Source: Thermoproteota archaeon
Lineage (GTDB): Archaea; Thermoproteota; Thermoprotei_A; Sulfolobales; Ignisphaeraceae
NCBI GenBank assembly: GCA_030550585.1
Contig: JAUQPB010000001.1
Span: 576,001-640,000, forward strand
DNA length: 64,000 bases
Direction: 5' to 3'
Every line of letters starts with the position of its first letter. Position 1 is the first letter of the stretch. The translations under genes and the position numbers were made by a program. This document shows positions 47,858 to 58,359 of this stretch, piece after piece. Below the pieces are notes generated by a model. It saw nothing but the letters and a program-made list of their open reading frames with translations. It did no database searches and had not been told where the DNA came from.

Positions 47858-48829
47858 TCAACTGGTTATATTTGATACATAGTCTAGAGAGTAGCTTATT
47901 CTAATGGCCTTGCTAAGCTCGTCTATTGCCATCCAGTCCTCGAAGCTTAGCCTCCAGCCAACAGATCCAACAAGATCAGCTACCTGTTCCGGGCTTTTAG
48001 CTCCTGGTATTGGAACTACAACAGGGCTTGACATTATAAGCCAGTTTAACGCTACTTGTATTGGTGTCTTGCCATATTTGTCCCCAATCTTCTTGATTAG
48101 CTGTACCAGCGTCCATACCTTTTCGAAGTTCTGTGGATGGAACACAGCCTCTCTTGCTCTCACATCTGTGAACTTTGGTAGGTTTTCAGGCGTGTACTTT
48201 CCTGTCAAAGCGCCTTTTGCTATTGGGCTCCACGCTTGTAGTGTTATACTATGTTTTTCTGCATATGGTATTATCTCCTCCTCAGCCCATCTCTCAACCA
48301 AGTTATATCTGTATTGAAAGATCTCTACATCGACTTTCGACAAATTCGATCTAAAGCTTTCGACAAGCTCTATGGGATAGTTGCTCAGGCCTAGGTACCT
48401 GACCTTGCCCATGTGGACAAGCTTCTCTAGGTACTTTACATACATTCTAGTTGGATAGTTATGCCAGACAGGTGGCCAGTGAACCAACAAGCCATCTATG
48501 TATCCAAGACCCAGAATCTTTATTGAGTGGTCAACAGCTTTAAACACATCCTCAGGATTTAGAAACTCTGGCATTATCTTTGTTGTGACAATAACCTCAT
48601 CTCTCTTAACACCAATCTCTCTCAGCGCTCTCCCCAAAATGTTTTCGCTTAGACCAAGCCCATATGCCATGGCCGTGTCAAAGAAGTTTACACCAAGTTC
48701 AACAGCCTTGGCAACAACACTCTTAGCCTTTTCGTATTCCGTCAAACCCCAGGCCTCGCTAAACTGCCACGCACCTAAACCAATTCTTGAAATCTTTTCC
48801 TTTGTCTTTCCAAGGGTTGTATACTCCAA
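47858..48829 (-). CDS. Aldo/keto reductase
   Basis: IGLGAWQ, FDTAMAYG, LVHWP, GLSNY, AWSPIAKG, PIPGAK; TTG 48829 behind GGTGA. Confidence 0.92.
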   Translation of the reverse strand: MEYTTLGKTKEKISRIGLGAWQFSEAWGLTEYEKAKSVVAKAVELGVNFFDTAMAYGLGLSENILGRALREIGVKRDEVIVTTKIMPEFLNPEDVFKAVDHSIKILGLGYIDGLLVHWPPVWHNYPTRMYVKYLEKLVHMGKVRYLGLSNYPIELVESFRSNLSKVDVEIFQYRYNLVERWAEEEIIPYAEKHSITLQAWSPIAKGALTGKYTPENLPKFTDVRAREAVFHPQNFEKVWTLVQLIKKIGDKYGKTPIQVALNWLIMSSPVVVPIPGAKSPEQVADLVGSVGWRLSFEDWMAIDELSKAIRISYSLDYVSNITS

Positions 48830-48912
48830 ACCACTCACCTATACAACCAAGGTTTTACCACATTTTCAAACTTAAAGTTTTTGTATATGAAAATGTGCAT
48901 TCTATCAGTTTG

Positions 48913-49623
48913 CTAAAGCTCTTCTAAAACCTCTATAATCTGGGGGAACTCGCCTATTAATGCAAGTCCAAGATCCTTTAAGACCAGTTTGTTTCTCCCC
49001 CTCCTCCTGTCTATGTGTATAGCCTTCATACCAGCAGATAATGCACCTCCAACATCTTCGATAACACTATCTCCTACATGGGCTATTCTCTTAGGCTCTT
49101 CGCCAATTTTCTTTGCAAAAATGAAGAATATTTTCCTATCTGGCTTGTTTATCCTCGTCTCATCGGAGAAGATGAGAACTTCAAACATGTTGTATATGCC
49201 AAGCCTCTTGAGAATATCTATTGTGTATATGCTACTCCAGAAAACTGTGTTGCCCACTATTCCAAGCTTGAATCCAAGTCTGTGCAAAAGCTCTAGAGTA
49301 TCTACAACATCTCCAAACACAATGTCTTTTGGATCTGCAGATGCAAATGCATCTGAAATAGCCTGTAAAACCTTGTTTGTTTCAATACCAAGTCTTTCAG
49401 CAAGCATATTCTGAGACTCAACAACTATGTCAAAGCCGTCTACCTCCCCCAGCCTTCTCCTCAATTTACATCTATCATAAACAACTCTGATGGTCTCCAG
49501 AACCTTTGCAACATCTGTATTTGGAAGATGGATAGAAAGCTTTGAGGCAATAAGGCTAAACACCTTGTTTATATCTAACATAGTGTCCCAGACATCAAAT
49601 GATATTGCATGTACCGAAACCAT
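48913..49623 (-). CDS. HAD-superfamily hydrolase
   Basis: FDVWDT motif I, KPDRKIF, HVGDS..EDVGGA. Confidence 0.9.
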   Translation of the reverse strand: MVSVHAISFDVWDTMLDINKVFSLIASKLSIHLPNTDVAKVLETIRVVYDRCKLRRRLGEVDGFDIVVESQNMLAERLGIETNKVLQAISDAFASADPKDIVFGDVVDTLELLHRLGFKLGIVGNTVFWSSIYTIDILKRLGIYNMFEVLIFSDETRINKPDRKIFFIFAKKIGEEPKRIAHVGDSVIEDVGGALSAGMKAIHIDRRRGRNKLVLKDLGLALIGEFPQIIEVLEEL

Positions 49624-49671
49624 TTTTGTGGCCCTGAACACCGTTTTTGCTACTCAGCTTTTTGAGCAAGT

Positions 49672-50577
49672 CTATATAAATGTGCATACAAGTGAGAATA
49701 TTAGTGATGTTACGAGTATTGCTATAGCTGAGTATTTTAAGAATGGTATGGTCTCTCCATAAACCATTCTGCTGATAGCTATAGAAGATATGATTGCTAT
49801 GAAAATTGCCGAGATGTAGTAGAGTGATAGTATGTAGTATATGTCTATCGAAGCTCTAGCAAAAGGTGTTGCAAAAGCTGCTTTAGCTATATATGAAAGT
49901 AGCACTACCGTTATTATACTCCCCATCACATATGCGAAGATTGTTAGGTATAGAAGTGATTTATAGCCCTCTAGCCTCGTTTTCCTCAAGTCATCCAGTC
50001 TCGACAACTGGAAAGAGAACCTCTCGGCAATTGATAGAACCTCTGCAACCCTACCACCACTTACAAAACCCACTGGCAGGCAGGAGAGAACAGCCTTTAC
50101 CTCTCTGGGAGCATTACCGAAAACAGTTTCAAATGCTTTAAACGGGTCAAAACCAAGCTGAATAAGCTTAGCAAACCTAATTGCATAGTCTTGAAGGGGC
50201 TTGCCAATGGCATTAGACGAAAGCTCTACCGCTTTGGACATGGGAACGCCTGCCCTGACATACGATGATAACACAGCTATGAAATCCTGTGTCTGCCTGC
50301 GCAGCATTTTTCTAGTCTCTACATCTTCTTTGAAAAGTAGGTATATGGAGAGCATGGTAAACGATATTATGCAGCCTACTGTGGTGTATGAGTCTGAGGA
50401 GAGGAGAACAGGTATAGGTATATAATAGAATCTCACCTTTATATACAGGCCTTCGACACCTCTAAAGATGTTGAAGCCCATCAACCTTGTGATTGTAGGC
50501 AATACTATTAGCGACAGTATAGGCCCTAGTAATGCAATAGCTACCGAGAGTGCTAGAGCTCTTGGCCCCCTTCTCAA
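49672..50577 (-). CDS. Type IV pilus membrane platform protein (T2SS-F/TadC-like)
   Basis: Multi-TM, YVRAG.P..KA, SGGRVAEVL; in an operon with the ATPase. Confidence 0.75.
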   Translation of the reverse strand: MRRGPRALALSVAIALLGPILSLIVLPTITRLMGFNIFRGVEGLYIKVRFYYIPIPVLLSSDSYTTVGCIISFTMLSIYLLFKEDVETRKMLRRQTQDFIAVLSSYVRAGVPMSKAVELSSNAIGKPLQDYAIRFAKLIQLGFDPFKAFETVFGNAPREVKAVLSCLPVGFVSGGRVAEVLSIAERFSFQLSRLDDLRKTRLEGYKSLLYLTIFAYVMGSIITVVLLSYIAKAAFATPFARASIDIYYILSLYYISAIFIAIISSIAISRMVYGETIPFLKYSAIAILVTSLIFSLVCTFI

Positions 50578-51506
50578 GGTCTCATCCTAGACACTATAAC
50601 ATCTGATAGAACAACTATGGATGTAGATGCTATGGGGACTAGAAGAAGTGTTGTCAGGATCATAAGAGCGTCAAACGACAGCCAGCTGATTGGATATAGC
50701 AGCAGGAGTGCAGCTATAGACCCAACGAGCACTGGTATTAATAGTGCTACCGCGACATACACCTCCATATACACATTCAGAGTCTCCACAGACTTTTCAA
50801 TCCTAATGCTGTATCTGCTTACATACCTCTCTAGAAGACTTGACAAAACATTTGTGATTCCGCCCCCAATGGCTATTGCTGAGGCTAGCGAGGAAAAAAG
50901 CTCTCTTAGAGTCTGGGATGGGGTTATATTAGAAACCCTCTTTAGAGCTTCATCAACTGGAACACCTGCTCTAATAAGCGATGTTGCCAGGTCTATCTCT
51001 ATGAAGAAGAATTTGAAGTCTTTCCCCAAAACAATTGGAAGAGCCTCCAGATTTTTGTATATGCTCTGTCCAGAGGCGCCTAGCAGAGAAAGTGCCAGCA
51101 GGAGCTGTAATGCTTTGGACTCTAGAACCTCCCCCCTATTCCTATAGAGAATAACTGGAATAGAGATGGCTAATGCCATTGCAATAGGCAACACAATTAG
51201 AAGTGGCGCTACAAGAGCTAGTAATGCTATGACCAGAGGCGGGGCAGATAGATGCAGGGCTAGCAACGTTGATGCTATGGAGGAGAATAACAGTGCTGGT
51301 AATAGAGCCATCGAGACCTTTTCAACATACTTTCTATAGCTTGTTGCAACCCCCGATCCAATCACTATAGTCTCCAAATCGATCTTGAAGGACTTTAGAA
51401 ACAATGCAACGAATTTTTCAAATGGAGTTACAAGAACCTGTAAAACGCTATATAGTTTTCTTCTCAGCCTCCTCAACAAACTTGAATCTATATGGCTCTC
51501 CAACAA
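50574..51506 (-). CDS. Type IV pilus membrane platform protein (T2SS-F/TadB-C-like)
   Basis: GVPVDEALKRVSNITPSQTLRELF, IGG, YMEVYV; TM helices. Confidence 0.8.
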   Translation of the reverse strand: MLESHIDSSLLRRLRRKLYSVLQVLVTPFEKFVALFLKSFKIDLETIVIGSGVATSYRKYVEKVSMALLPALLFSSIASTLLALHLSAPPLVIALLALVAPLLIVLPIAMALAISIPVILYRNRGEVLESKALQLLLALSLLGASGQSIYKNLEALPIVLGKDFKFFFIEIDLATSLIRAGVPVDEALKRVSNITPSQTLRELFSSLASAIAIGGGITNVLSSLLERYVSRYSIRIEKSVETLNVYMEVYVAVALLIPVLVGSIAALLLLYPISWLSFDALMILTTLLLVPIASTSIVVLSDVIVSRMRP

Positions 51507-53010
51507 ATTTCACAGCCTCTAGATATACTGCCACAGGATCTCTCCTATATCTTCTCACCAAACTATGAAGCTGAATAACGTCCATACCCTTCTTAACTGC
51601 ATAGAGAAGCAGAGTCGCTCTTCTAACCAGATCCTCTAAAACATCCTCATAACCTATCAAAAGAAGCTGTGAGATATCCTTCAATAGCCTGCTCTCAGAT
51701 AAGTTAAAGAGCCAGGAATCGGATTCCCTATCCCATCTACACAAAAGCTTTACAGTAATCCTATTTGTTGTTGGATCATAGTCCCAGATCTCATGAATAT
51801 ATGTAACCTTTCTCACAATGTTAGCCCTATGCAAAAGCCTTTGAACTTGCACAAAAAGTTTTGCGGATGCTATAAGAGATACCGGCACATTCATTGGTGG
51901 CGAGGAGAGCCTCCTAATCAGAGACTCTACACTTTCTGCATGAATTGTTGTCAGCCCTCCATGACCTGTTGAAACAGCTTGGAAGAAGCTGTAGGCCTCT
52001 CTAGACCTTATCTCACCAAGTATTAGAACATCTGGTCTCTGCCTCATAGCAGCCTCGACCTGCGCCTGGAGAGTAACGTTCTGGATGTTTGGATCGCTAC
52101 TCAGTCTAGTTACCATGGATGTCCAGTTCTCGTGGAATGGCAGTCTAATCTCTTGGGTATCCTCTGCAGAGACTATCTTCAGTTCAGATGGTAGTAGCAT
52201 TGCAACAGCATTCAATACTGTTGTCTTGCCGGAGCCCGTCGGCCCATAGAATACTATCCCCTGTTTACTTTCAGCTGCCAGCCACATCAACGAGGCCACG
52301 CCAGGGTCTAGCATGCCACTGCTTATTAGCTCGACTATTGAGAAGGGGTTCTCTCTATACTTTCTAATAGTAAAGCTGTGACCATGTGTAGAAACTGTAT
52401 CGAGAACTATGTGCACCCTATAGCCCTCCGGCCTCAGAATGCCCTCCACAACTGGCTGTGCAATAGAAGCCTCTCTATCAGCTCTATAGGCAAGCTTCTT
52501 CACAATAGAGTTGAGCCTTTCAGAAGGCAGAGCAACATTTGTTTCCAGCCACTCATATCTCCTATGAAAAACATGAATAGGCCTGTCAACACCATCACAT
52601 GTTATATCCTCTATCTCAGGATCTCTAATGAACGGATCTACCTCTCCATAACCAACAAAATCCCTGAGAACATAGTAAACAACTCTGTCGAAGGAGCTCT
52701 TCGACTCCTCACATCTTCTTCTACCAAAAAACTTTCTACACAGGTTATACACCACATCACTTACATATTCATAGCCGTCATCAAAACCATTAAAACTTGA
52801 AAGCCTCTTCAACATCTCAACATCGCTAAAAATAGCCTCAACAACCCTCCTCTTAAGTTCTTCAAGAAAAAAAGTTAGCTCGGGTTCCCTAACAAAATAC
52901 CTCAGTTTGCCATCCAAACCCTTGACAATTGATATCTCGACCATTTCGCGAAAACCAACTCTATAACCTTCTACAACTTCATAGCCCTTATCGATAAGCA
53001 TGAACACCAC
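51448..53010 (-). CDS. Type II/IV secretion (pilus assembly) ATPase
   Basis: DPEIEDITCDG, SFTIRK, GPTGSGKTT, RQRPD.LILGEIR, TGHGGLTTIHA. Confidence 0.93.
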   Translation of the reverse strand: MVFMLIDKGYEVVEGYRVGFREMVEISIVKGLDGKLRYFVREPELTFFLEELKRRVVEAIFSDVEMLKRLSSFNGFDDGYEYVSDVVYNLCRKFFGRRRCEESKSSFDRVVYYVLRDFVGYGEVDPFIRDPEIEDITCDGVDRPIHVFHRRYEWLETNVALPSERLNSIVKKLAYRADREASIAQPVVEGILRPEGYRVHIVLDTVSTHGHSFTIRKYRENPFSIVELISSGMLDPGVASLMWLAAESKQGIVFYGPTGSGKTTVLNAVAMLLPSELKIVSAEDTQEIRLPFHENWTSMVTRLSSDPNIQNVTLQAQVEAAMRQRPDVLILGEIRSREAYSFFQAVSTGHGGLTTIHAESVESLIRRLSSPPMNVPVSLIASAKLFVQVQRLLHRANIVRKVTYIHEIWDYDPTTNRITVKLLCRWDRESDSWLFNLSESRLLKDISQLLLIGYEDVLEDLVRRATLLLYAVKKGMDVIQLHSLVRRYRRDPVAVYLEAVKFVGEPYRFKFVEEAEKKTI

Positions 53011-53084
53011 TACAGCTCTGTGGTATTGGCACCAAATATTCTGTAGTATGGTTCTAAAAATAGTTATATATTTTGTTTTAGCTA

Positions 53085-53537
53085 TTACGATGAGTAGACG
53101 AATATATATTCGCTTTCCACACCATTGGATGTGACAAGCTTTAGGCGGTAGCTAAAGCCTGGGGATAGGGATGTTTTTGAAATGTCTATCTGTATTTTAT
53201 CTAGTTGCCCAGGCTGGATGGTCTTTCCAGTTATCTCTGAAGCGTTTATTACATTCCCACTTATGTCTAAAATATATGCAGATGCTATCTGAATGGGTAC
53301 ATCGCCAATGTTTCTAACATATGCTGTTATCTGTATCTGCTGTGCGGTCGTGTTCACACTTACAGCTTCTATCTTTATCCTTTCTCTGAGGGTCTGGCTC
53401 TGTGTTGCTGGTGCTGAGGATGTGAAGGTGGATACCCATAGCCAGAGTAAGACGCCTGCTGAAACAGCTATCAGTATCAGTATTATGGTTGCTATTATTG
53501 GAGACACACCTTTTGAGCTGTGTTTAGCGAAATACAT
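53085..53537 (-). CDS. Type IV pilin / archaellin-like (class III signal peptide)
   Basis: KG|VSPIIATIILILIAV, then YVRNIG; ATG 53537 behind GGTGGG. Confidence 0.88.
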   Translation of the reverse strand: MYFAKHSSKGVSPIIATIILILIAVSAGVLLWLWVSTFTSSAPATQSQTLRERIKIEAVSVNTTAQQIQITAYVRNIGDVPIQIASAYILDISGNVINASEITGKTIQPGQLDKIQIDISKTSLSPGFSYRLKLVTSNGVESEYIFVYSS

Positions 53538-53685
53538 TTTCCCACCATAGTGTAGCATAGCCATTTAGATTTATAAACATCGTTTTGGTAGGCGACCAGC
53601 CGACGAACGTGTTCTCTTCACATATTGAAAATGTGCCCCAACTTAAAATCCATATTCTTTTTAACCTTTCTACAGATTCTATAGC

Positions 53686-54135
53686 TTGGGATCCTGCTTG
53701 CGTGGTGTTAGCGAGTATGTGGCTACGGTAATAGTTGCTATAATAACTATGGCTGCTGGGATACTGGTATTCATTCACAGCTACTACATTGCGAACTCCT
53801 ATTACGACACACTTTCAAAGGCTTTTGAAGAGTCTTTGAAAAGCTCTTCTATGACAATCCTAGCCTCTTACATTTCTAACCAAAAACTTGTTGTAATAGC
53901 CTCCACAGGCTCTATGCCCATACAGATATACTCTATCTATGTCAATGAGAGCTTGGCTAACTGCGTTATAGCATTCAATAACACTGCAAAGCCATTAACA
54001 TATTCAAACCCTGTTGGCGTGTCTTACTACACAGCCTTTGTAGCCATGTGCAACGTTGGAAATGCAAGCTATGCAAATGTGAAAATAGTTTTCGATGGGG
54101 GTACAGAATATGCAAAAGCCCAGAAGATTGGTTAG
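53686..54135 (+). CDS. Minor pilin-like protein (class III signal peptide)
   Basis: RG|VSEYVATVIVAIIT hydrophobic stretch. Confidence 0.75.
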   Translation: MGSCLRGVSEYVATVIVAIITMAAGILVFIHSYYIANSYYDTLSKAFEESLKSSSMTILASYISNQKLVVIASTGSMPIQIYSIYVNESLANCVIAFNNTAKPLTYSNPVGVSYYTAFVAMCNVGNASYANVKIVFDGGTEYAKAQKIG

Positions 54136-55924
54136 AGGAATCTCAGCCGTTATAGGCACTGTAATTCTCATCGTCATAATGGTTCTATTCATAGCTCTCT
54201 ACATAGCATCTATAGAAAGATTTGGGGCACTAAGCCGAGAGGTGGCAAGCAGACTGAGCAATTTGCAAGAGTCTTCATCTACAATAAGAAATATCGATGC
54301 TAGCTGGAGCTACAACGGGACATACACAACCATTTTTATAGACAACCAAGCACCCAAAGCAATAGTCGTAGTATCCATTGCGATGGTGTACAAAGACGGT
54401 TCATACACAATAATATCGAGGCTAAACAAAACCATAAACGCATTCATATCGGTGAACAATGCATCATACAACCAACTGCAACTACCTCTCGCAATACCAC
54501 CAGCAACACAAGCAGTAATAGCCATAAAAACCAGCCGAGAACCAGCAGCGCTATCCCTAGCCATAGAAGCATCGCCCATAACAGCTATTATAATACCAAA
54601 GAAACCAGCCAGCATCAATACAACAACTGCTAGGCTAGAGCCGCAAGGAGGAAACGGAACAGTTATATGGATAGGAAGGGTGCAAGTCCCAGTAATAGCA
54701 ATAAAAAAAGGTATAACGATGCAACAGTATCCTATTAGTGGCAACAAAAGCAAGGAAGAGGTCCGTTTTAATGAATCAATTCTTTTTGGCAATGTATTGA
54801 AGGCCTACAAAATAAACATTACAACTACTATTAACACAAATATTTCTGTCAGCATAAATATCCTAATGAATGGTACAAACATTTCGAGCTATTGTAGTGT
54901 CTCTCAAAGCTTACCCTCTCAAAAGCCGCATCCTCAAGGATTAAAAGGCAACTTCACTATTGTGTGCTACTATCCTATCAATGGGGAACCTGTTCAACTA
55001 GTCAATATTACCATCGTTCTTCGGCGGTCCGAAGGAGGAGGAATGTTTGAATATAAAATTTATAACGTTTCTGAGTATGTCTTTGGATATGTTGGCTACT
55101 CTCTATTTGACTCTCTTATAGTGGGGCTTGGAGGCTCAACACAAATAGCTTTCTACAATCTCTCTTCTATCAGCCTAGGATCTCTACAACCTGTTTTCAA
55201 TACCAGCTCGTATTCATATTTTGATGGCTCTGTTGCCATAGCCTATGACTCTCAAAGCTATAGGCTCTACATGGTTAATAGAAGTGGTGTATTCTCCTGG
55301 GATTCTCTAGGATGGTCTTCTGTCACCTCTAGTTGTAGGTCTGTTGGTGTTGGCGCTGCCATCAATATTGTGGGTGATAGGATTGTTGTTTTTCCTGGTG
55401 GATACAGAAACTACATCTGTGTACTCGATTTATCAAGGGGTAGTGTAGCTAACGTGTCTTTGGATGGCTTTAAACTCTATGAATACACCTCATCAGCTGT
55501 CTATAGAGATTCCATAGTCTTTACAGCTCTGGATGGTAGTGGAGGTGTAAATGTATTGTTGTTCAATGTTACAACAGGTTATGTAAAACCATTGTGGAGG
55601 ATACCCATATACGCTATAGCTGGTGTTGCAGTAGATGGAAATAGCTCAAGGGTTTACATAGTGTCTGGCAACTCTTGGAGGTGCGCTAAACCACAGTGCA
55701 ACTCGTATCAATATATGAAGATTTTTGTTGGCTCGCTGGAAACAGGCTTTTTCAGCTATATGGATGTGCCTATGCAGTTTACTGTGCAAAGCGTGATTGG
55801 CTATGGTAATAGGGTGGGGATGTACAGAGACAAACTTCTTGTTGTAGACTATGGCACTGTTTTACTCATAGATCAGAAGGGTCTTGGACTAACAAGATAT
55901 GCAAATGCTTACCATGTTCAGTGA
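54110..55924 (+). CDS. Large pilin-like adhesin (class III signal peptide, C-terminal beta-rich/propeller-like domain)
   Basis: RG|ISAVIGTVILIVIMV; many N-x-S/T sequons; repeated short beta strands in the C-terminal half. Confidence 0.65.
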   Translation: MQKPRRLVRGISAVIGTVILIVIMVLFIALYIASIERFGALSREVASRLSNLQESSSTIRNIDASWSYNGTYTTIFIDNQAPKAIVVVSIAMVYKDGSYTIISRLNKTINAFISVNNASYNQLQLPLAIPPATQAVIAIKTSREPAALSLAIEASPITAIIIPKKPASINTTTARLEPQGGNGTVIWIGRVQVPVIAIKKGITMQQYPISGNKSKEEVRFNESILFGNVLKAYKINITTTINTNISVSINILMNGTNISSYCSVSQSLPSQKPHPQGLKGNFTIVCYYPINGEPVQLVNITIVLRRSEGGGMFEYKIYNVSEYVFGYVGYSLFDSLIVGLGGSTQIAFYNLSSISLGSLQPVFNTSSYSYFDGSVAIAYDSQSYRLYMVNRSGVFSWDSLGWSSVTSSCRSVGVGAAINIVGDRIVVFPGGYRNYICVLDLSRGSVANVSLDGFKLYEYTSSAVYRDSIVFTALDGSGGVNVLLFNVTTGYVKPLWRIPIYAIAGVAVDGNSSRVYIVSGNSWRCAKPQCNSYQYMKIFVGSLETGFFSYMDVPMQFTVQSVIGYGNRVGMYRDKLLVVDYGTVLLIDQKGLGLTRYANAYHVQ

Positions 55925-55961
55925 CAATATCTAATGTTTTTCTAAAAGATTGTCCGATGTT

Positions 55962-56007
55962 TGTATTTATACATATTACTAATTTAAATGAGTATACTTG
56001 TATACAA
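55962..56007 (+). promoter_or_regulatory. rbcL promoter: TATA-like TTTAAAT (55983-89) flanked by palindromes TGTATTTATACA and TTGTATACAA
   Basis: Direct reading: 55962-73 and 55998-56007. Confidence 0.45.
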
Positions 56008-56065
56008 CATTATTTTCAGTCAGATATATATGTGAGAAAAGCCATAGGGGTTGTAGGGTAAGAAT

Positions 56066-57400
56066 ATGCCTAAAGAAGAGTTTGAGCCATATCATGCATG
56101 GGTTGACAAAAGCTATGTTCCAGACCCCAAGAAGGATGTCATTGTAACATTTAGGATTACTCCTGCAGAGGGCTTCTCTATAGAGGATGTTGCTGGGGGT
56201 GTTGCCGCTGAGAGCAGTACTGGTACCTGGACAACGCTATATGTCTGGTATGATCAGAACAGGTTGGAGAAGCTGAAGGGTAGGGCATACTTCTTTAAGG
56301 ATCTTGGCGATGGCAGCTGGCTTGTGAGGATAGCCTACCCAGCAGAATTATTTGAAGAGGGCAATATGCCAGGTTTCCTCGCTAGCGTTGCTGGCAACAT
56401 ATTCGGTATGAGGAGGGCTAAGTGGCTGAGAGTTGAGGATATTTACATGCCTCTAGACTTCGTCAAGTATTTCAAAGGGCCTATAAAAGGAGTGCGCGGA
56501 GTTAGAGATATATTCAAAGTCTATGATAGACCTATTGTCGGTACGGTTCCAAAGCCTAAGGTTGGCTATACAGCAGATGAGGTTGAGAAGCTAGCCTACG
56601 AAATACTGTCTGGTGGCATGGACTACATAAAAGATGATGAGAATCTTGTTAGCCCAAGCTACTGCAGGTTTGAGGCAAGGGCAAAGGCTATTATGAAGAT
56701 AATTGACAGAGTTGAGAAGGAGACTGGAGAGAGGAAGGTGTGGTTCGCAAATATAACAGCAGATGTTAGAGAAATGGAGAAGAGGCTAAAGCTTGTAGCA
56801 GACTATGGAAACCCATATATCATGGTAGACGTTGTTATAACTGGGTGGTCAGCTCTAACATACATAAGGGATAAGGCCGAGGAGTACGGGCTTGCAATAC
56901 ACGCTCACAGGGCAATGCATGCAGCGATGACTAGAAATCCATACCACGGAATATCGATGTTTACATTGGCAAAGCTGTTCAGGATAATAGGCGTTGACCA
57001 GCTACACATTGGAACGCCGGAAGTTGGGAAGCTAGAGGCGAAGACGATAGACGTTATTAGAAATGCTAAGGTGTTGAGAGAAAATCCATTCAAGCCAGAC
57101 CCAGATGACATATACCACCTAGAACAGGAATTTGGATCAATAAAGCCAGCAGTTCCAGTATCATCTGGCGGTCTACACCCAGGAACGTTGCCAGAGGTTG
57201 TTAGGGTGCTAGGCAAGGATCTTGTAATGCAGATTGGCGGCGGTACGATAGGCCATCCAGATGGGCCAAGAGCAGGAGCAGCTGCTGTTAGACAGGCTCT
57301 AGAAGCAATCTCAAAGGGCATTCCGCTAGAGGATTATGCAAGAGATCACAAAGAGCTTAGAAGAGCTTTGGAGAAGTGGGGAACTGTAAGACCCATATAA
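56066..57400 (+). CDS. rbcL: Form III RuBisCO large subunit
   Basis: AAESSTGTWT, GTVPKPK, DYIKDDE, HAHRAMH, GKLE, SSGGLH, GGG..GHP. Confidence 0.96.
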   Translation: MPKEEFEPYHAWVDKSYVPDPKKDVIVTFRITPAEGFSIEDVAGGVAAESSTGTWTTLYVWYDQNRLEKLKGRAYFFKDLGDGSWLVRIAYPAELFEEGNMPGFLASVAGNIFGMRRAKWLRVEDIYMPLDFVKYFKGPIKGVRGVRDIFKVYDRPIVGTVPKPKVGYTADEVEKLAYEILSGGMDYIKDDENLVSPSYCRFEARAKAIMKIIDRVEKETGERKVWFANITADVREMEKRLKLVADYGNPYIMVDVVITGWSALTYIRDKAEEYGLAIHAHRAMHAAMTRNPYHGISMFTLAKLFRIIGVDQLHIGTPEVGKLEAKTIDVIRNAKVLRENPFKPDPDDIYHLEQEFGSIKPAVPVSSGGLHPGTLPEVVRVLGKDLVMQIGGGTIGHPDGPRAGAAAVRQALEAISKGIPLEDYARDHKELRRALEKWGTVRPI

Positions 57401-57471
57401 ACAAAGATTTTTAATTTAAACCCATTTCTTTTTTACCACAAATTCTCCTACCCATCCCAGGTGTTTCGCTA

Positions 57472-58236
57472 TTGAATAACGATGTTGAGAAGAAGCTGCT
57501 TGAATCTCTAAAAGGTGGCAGACCATCAGCAATATTTATCGATATAGATGGTGTTATGACAATCGAGAGAGGCTCTTATGTAATAGATTTGGAGCTTATA
57601 GAGCTTCTTAGAAAGGTTATGGAGTACAACATTCCAGTGTGTCTTGTTTCTGGAAACGCCTACCCAACTGTTTTAACGTTGCAGAGGTATCTAGGTCTTT
57701 CACCAATATTCATAGCTGAAAATGGCTGTGTGATACAGCTGTATAAAGAGTTCATAAAGATATGTAGAGAAAATCTCGATCCGCTTGTAGATGAAATAGA
57801 AAAGGAATTCCATTTGAGGAGATCGACAAGTAATTTATATAGGCTATGCGATAGAGCTTTTCACGTGCCAGATGATGTAAAATCCAATCCTAGCAAGGCC
57901 AGAGAACTGGAGAAGAATATTATGGAGAAATATCCAGGTATATACGCCTTGTACACAGGCTATGTGCTACACATATACCCAAGATACTGCAGCAAAAGCA
58001 ATGCAATAAGAATTGTTGCAGAGAAAATGGGGTTGGATCTAGAAAAAGCTATAGCAATCGGTGATAGCGTGACAGATGTGGACATGATTAAAGCCGTTGG
58101 GATAGGTGTTGCTGTTGGAGATGCAGATGAAGAGGCAAAGAGGGATGCAAAAATAGTTCTACCGTTCAAGGCATCCCAATCAACAAAATATTTGATTTCA
58201 ACTCTACTCAAACATATTTCACAAACTCGTGAATAG
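57472..58236 (+). CDS. Phosphoglycolate phosphatase (archaeal HAD Cof/TA0175 type)
   Basis: DIDGVMT, VSGN, IAENG, SK, GDSVTDVDM. Confidence 0.8.
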   Translation: MNNDVEKKLLESLKGGRPSAIFIDIDGVMTIERGSYVIDLELIELLRKVMEYNIPVCLVSGNAYPTVLTLQRYLGLSPIFIAENGCVIQLYKEFIKICRENLDPLVDEIEKEFHLRRSTSNLYRLCDRAFHVPDDVKSNPSKARELEKNIMEKYPGIYALYTGYVLHIYPRYCSKSNAIRIVAEKMGLDLEKAIAIGDSVTDVDMIKAVGIGVAVGDADEEAKRDAKIVLPFKASQSTKYLISTLLKHISQTRE

Positions 58237-58359
58237 AGCACAAAAAGGAATGCAAAGAAGCTGTGCTACCAATTTTTGTATTATATTCTCGAACCCTAGT
58301 ATTGTAATGAAAAATATAAAAATCTTTAAAAAGATCTTACCCTCATAGGTGATTGACTA

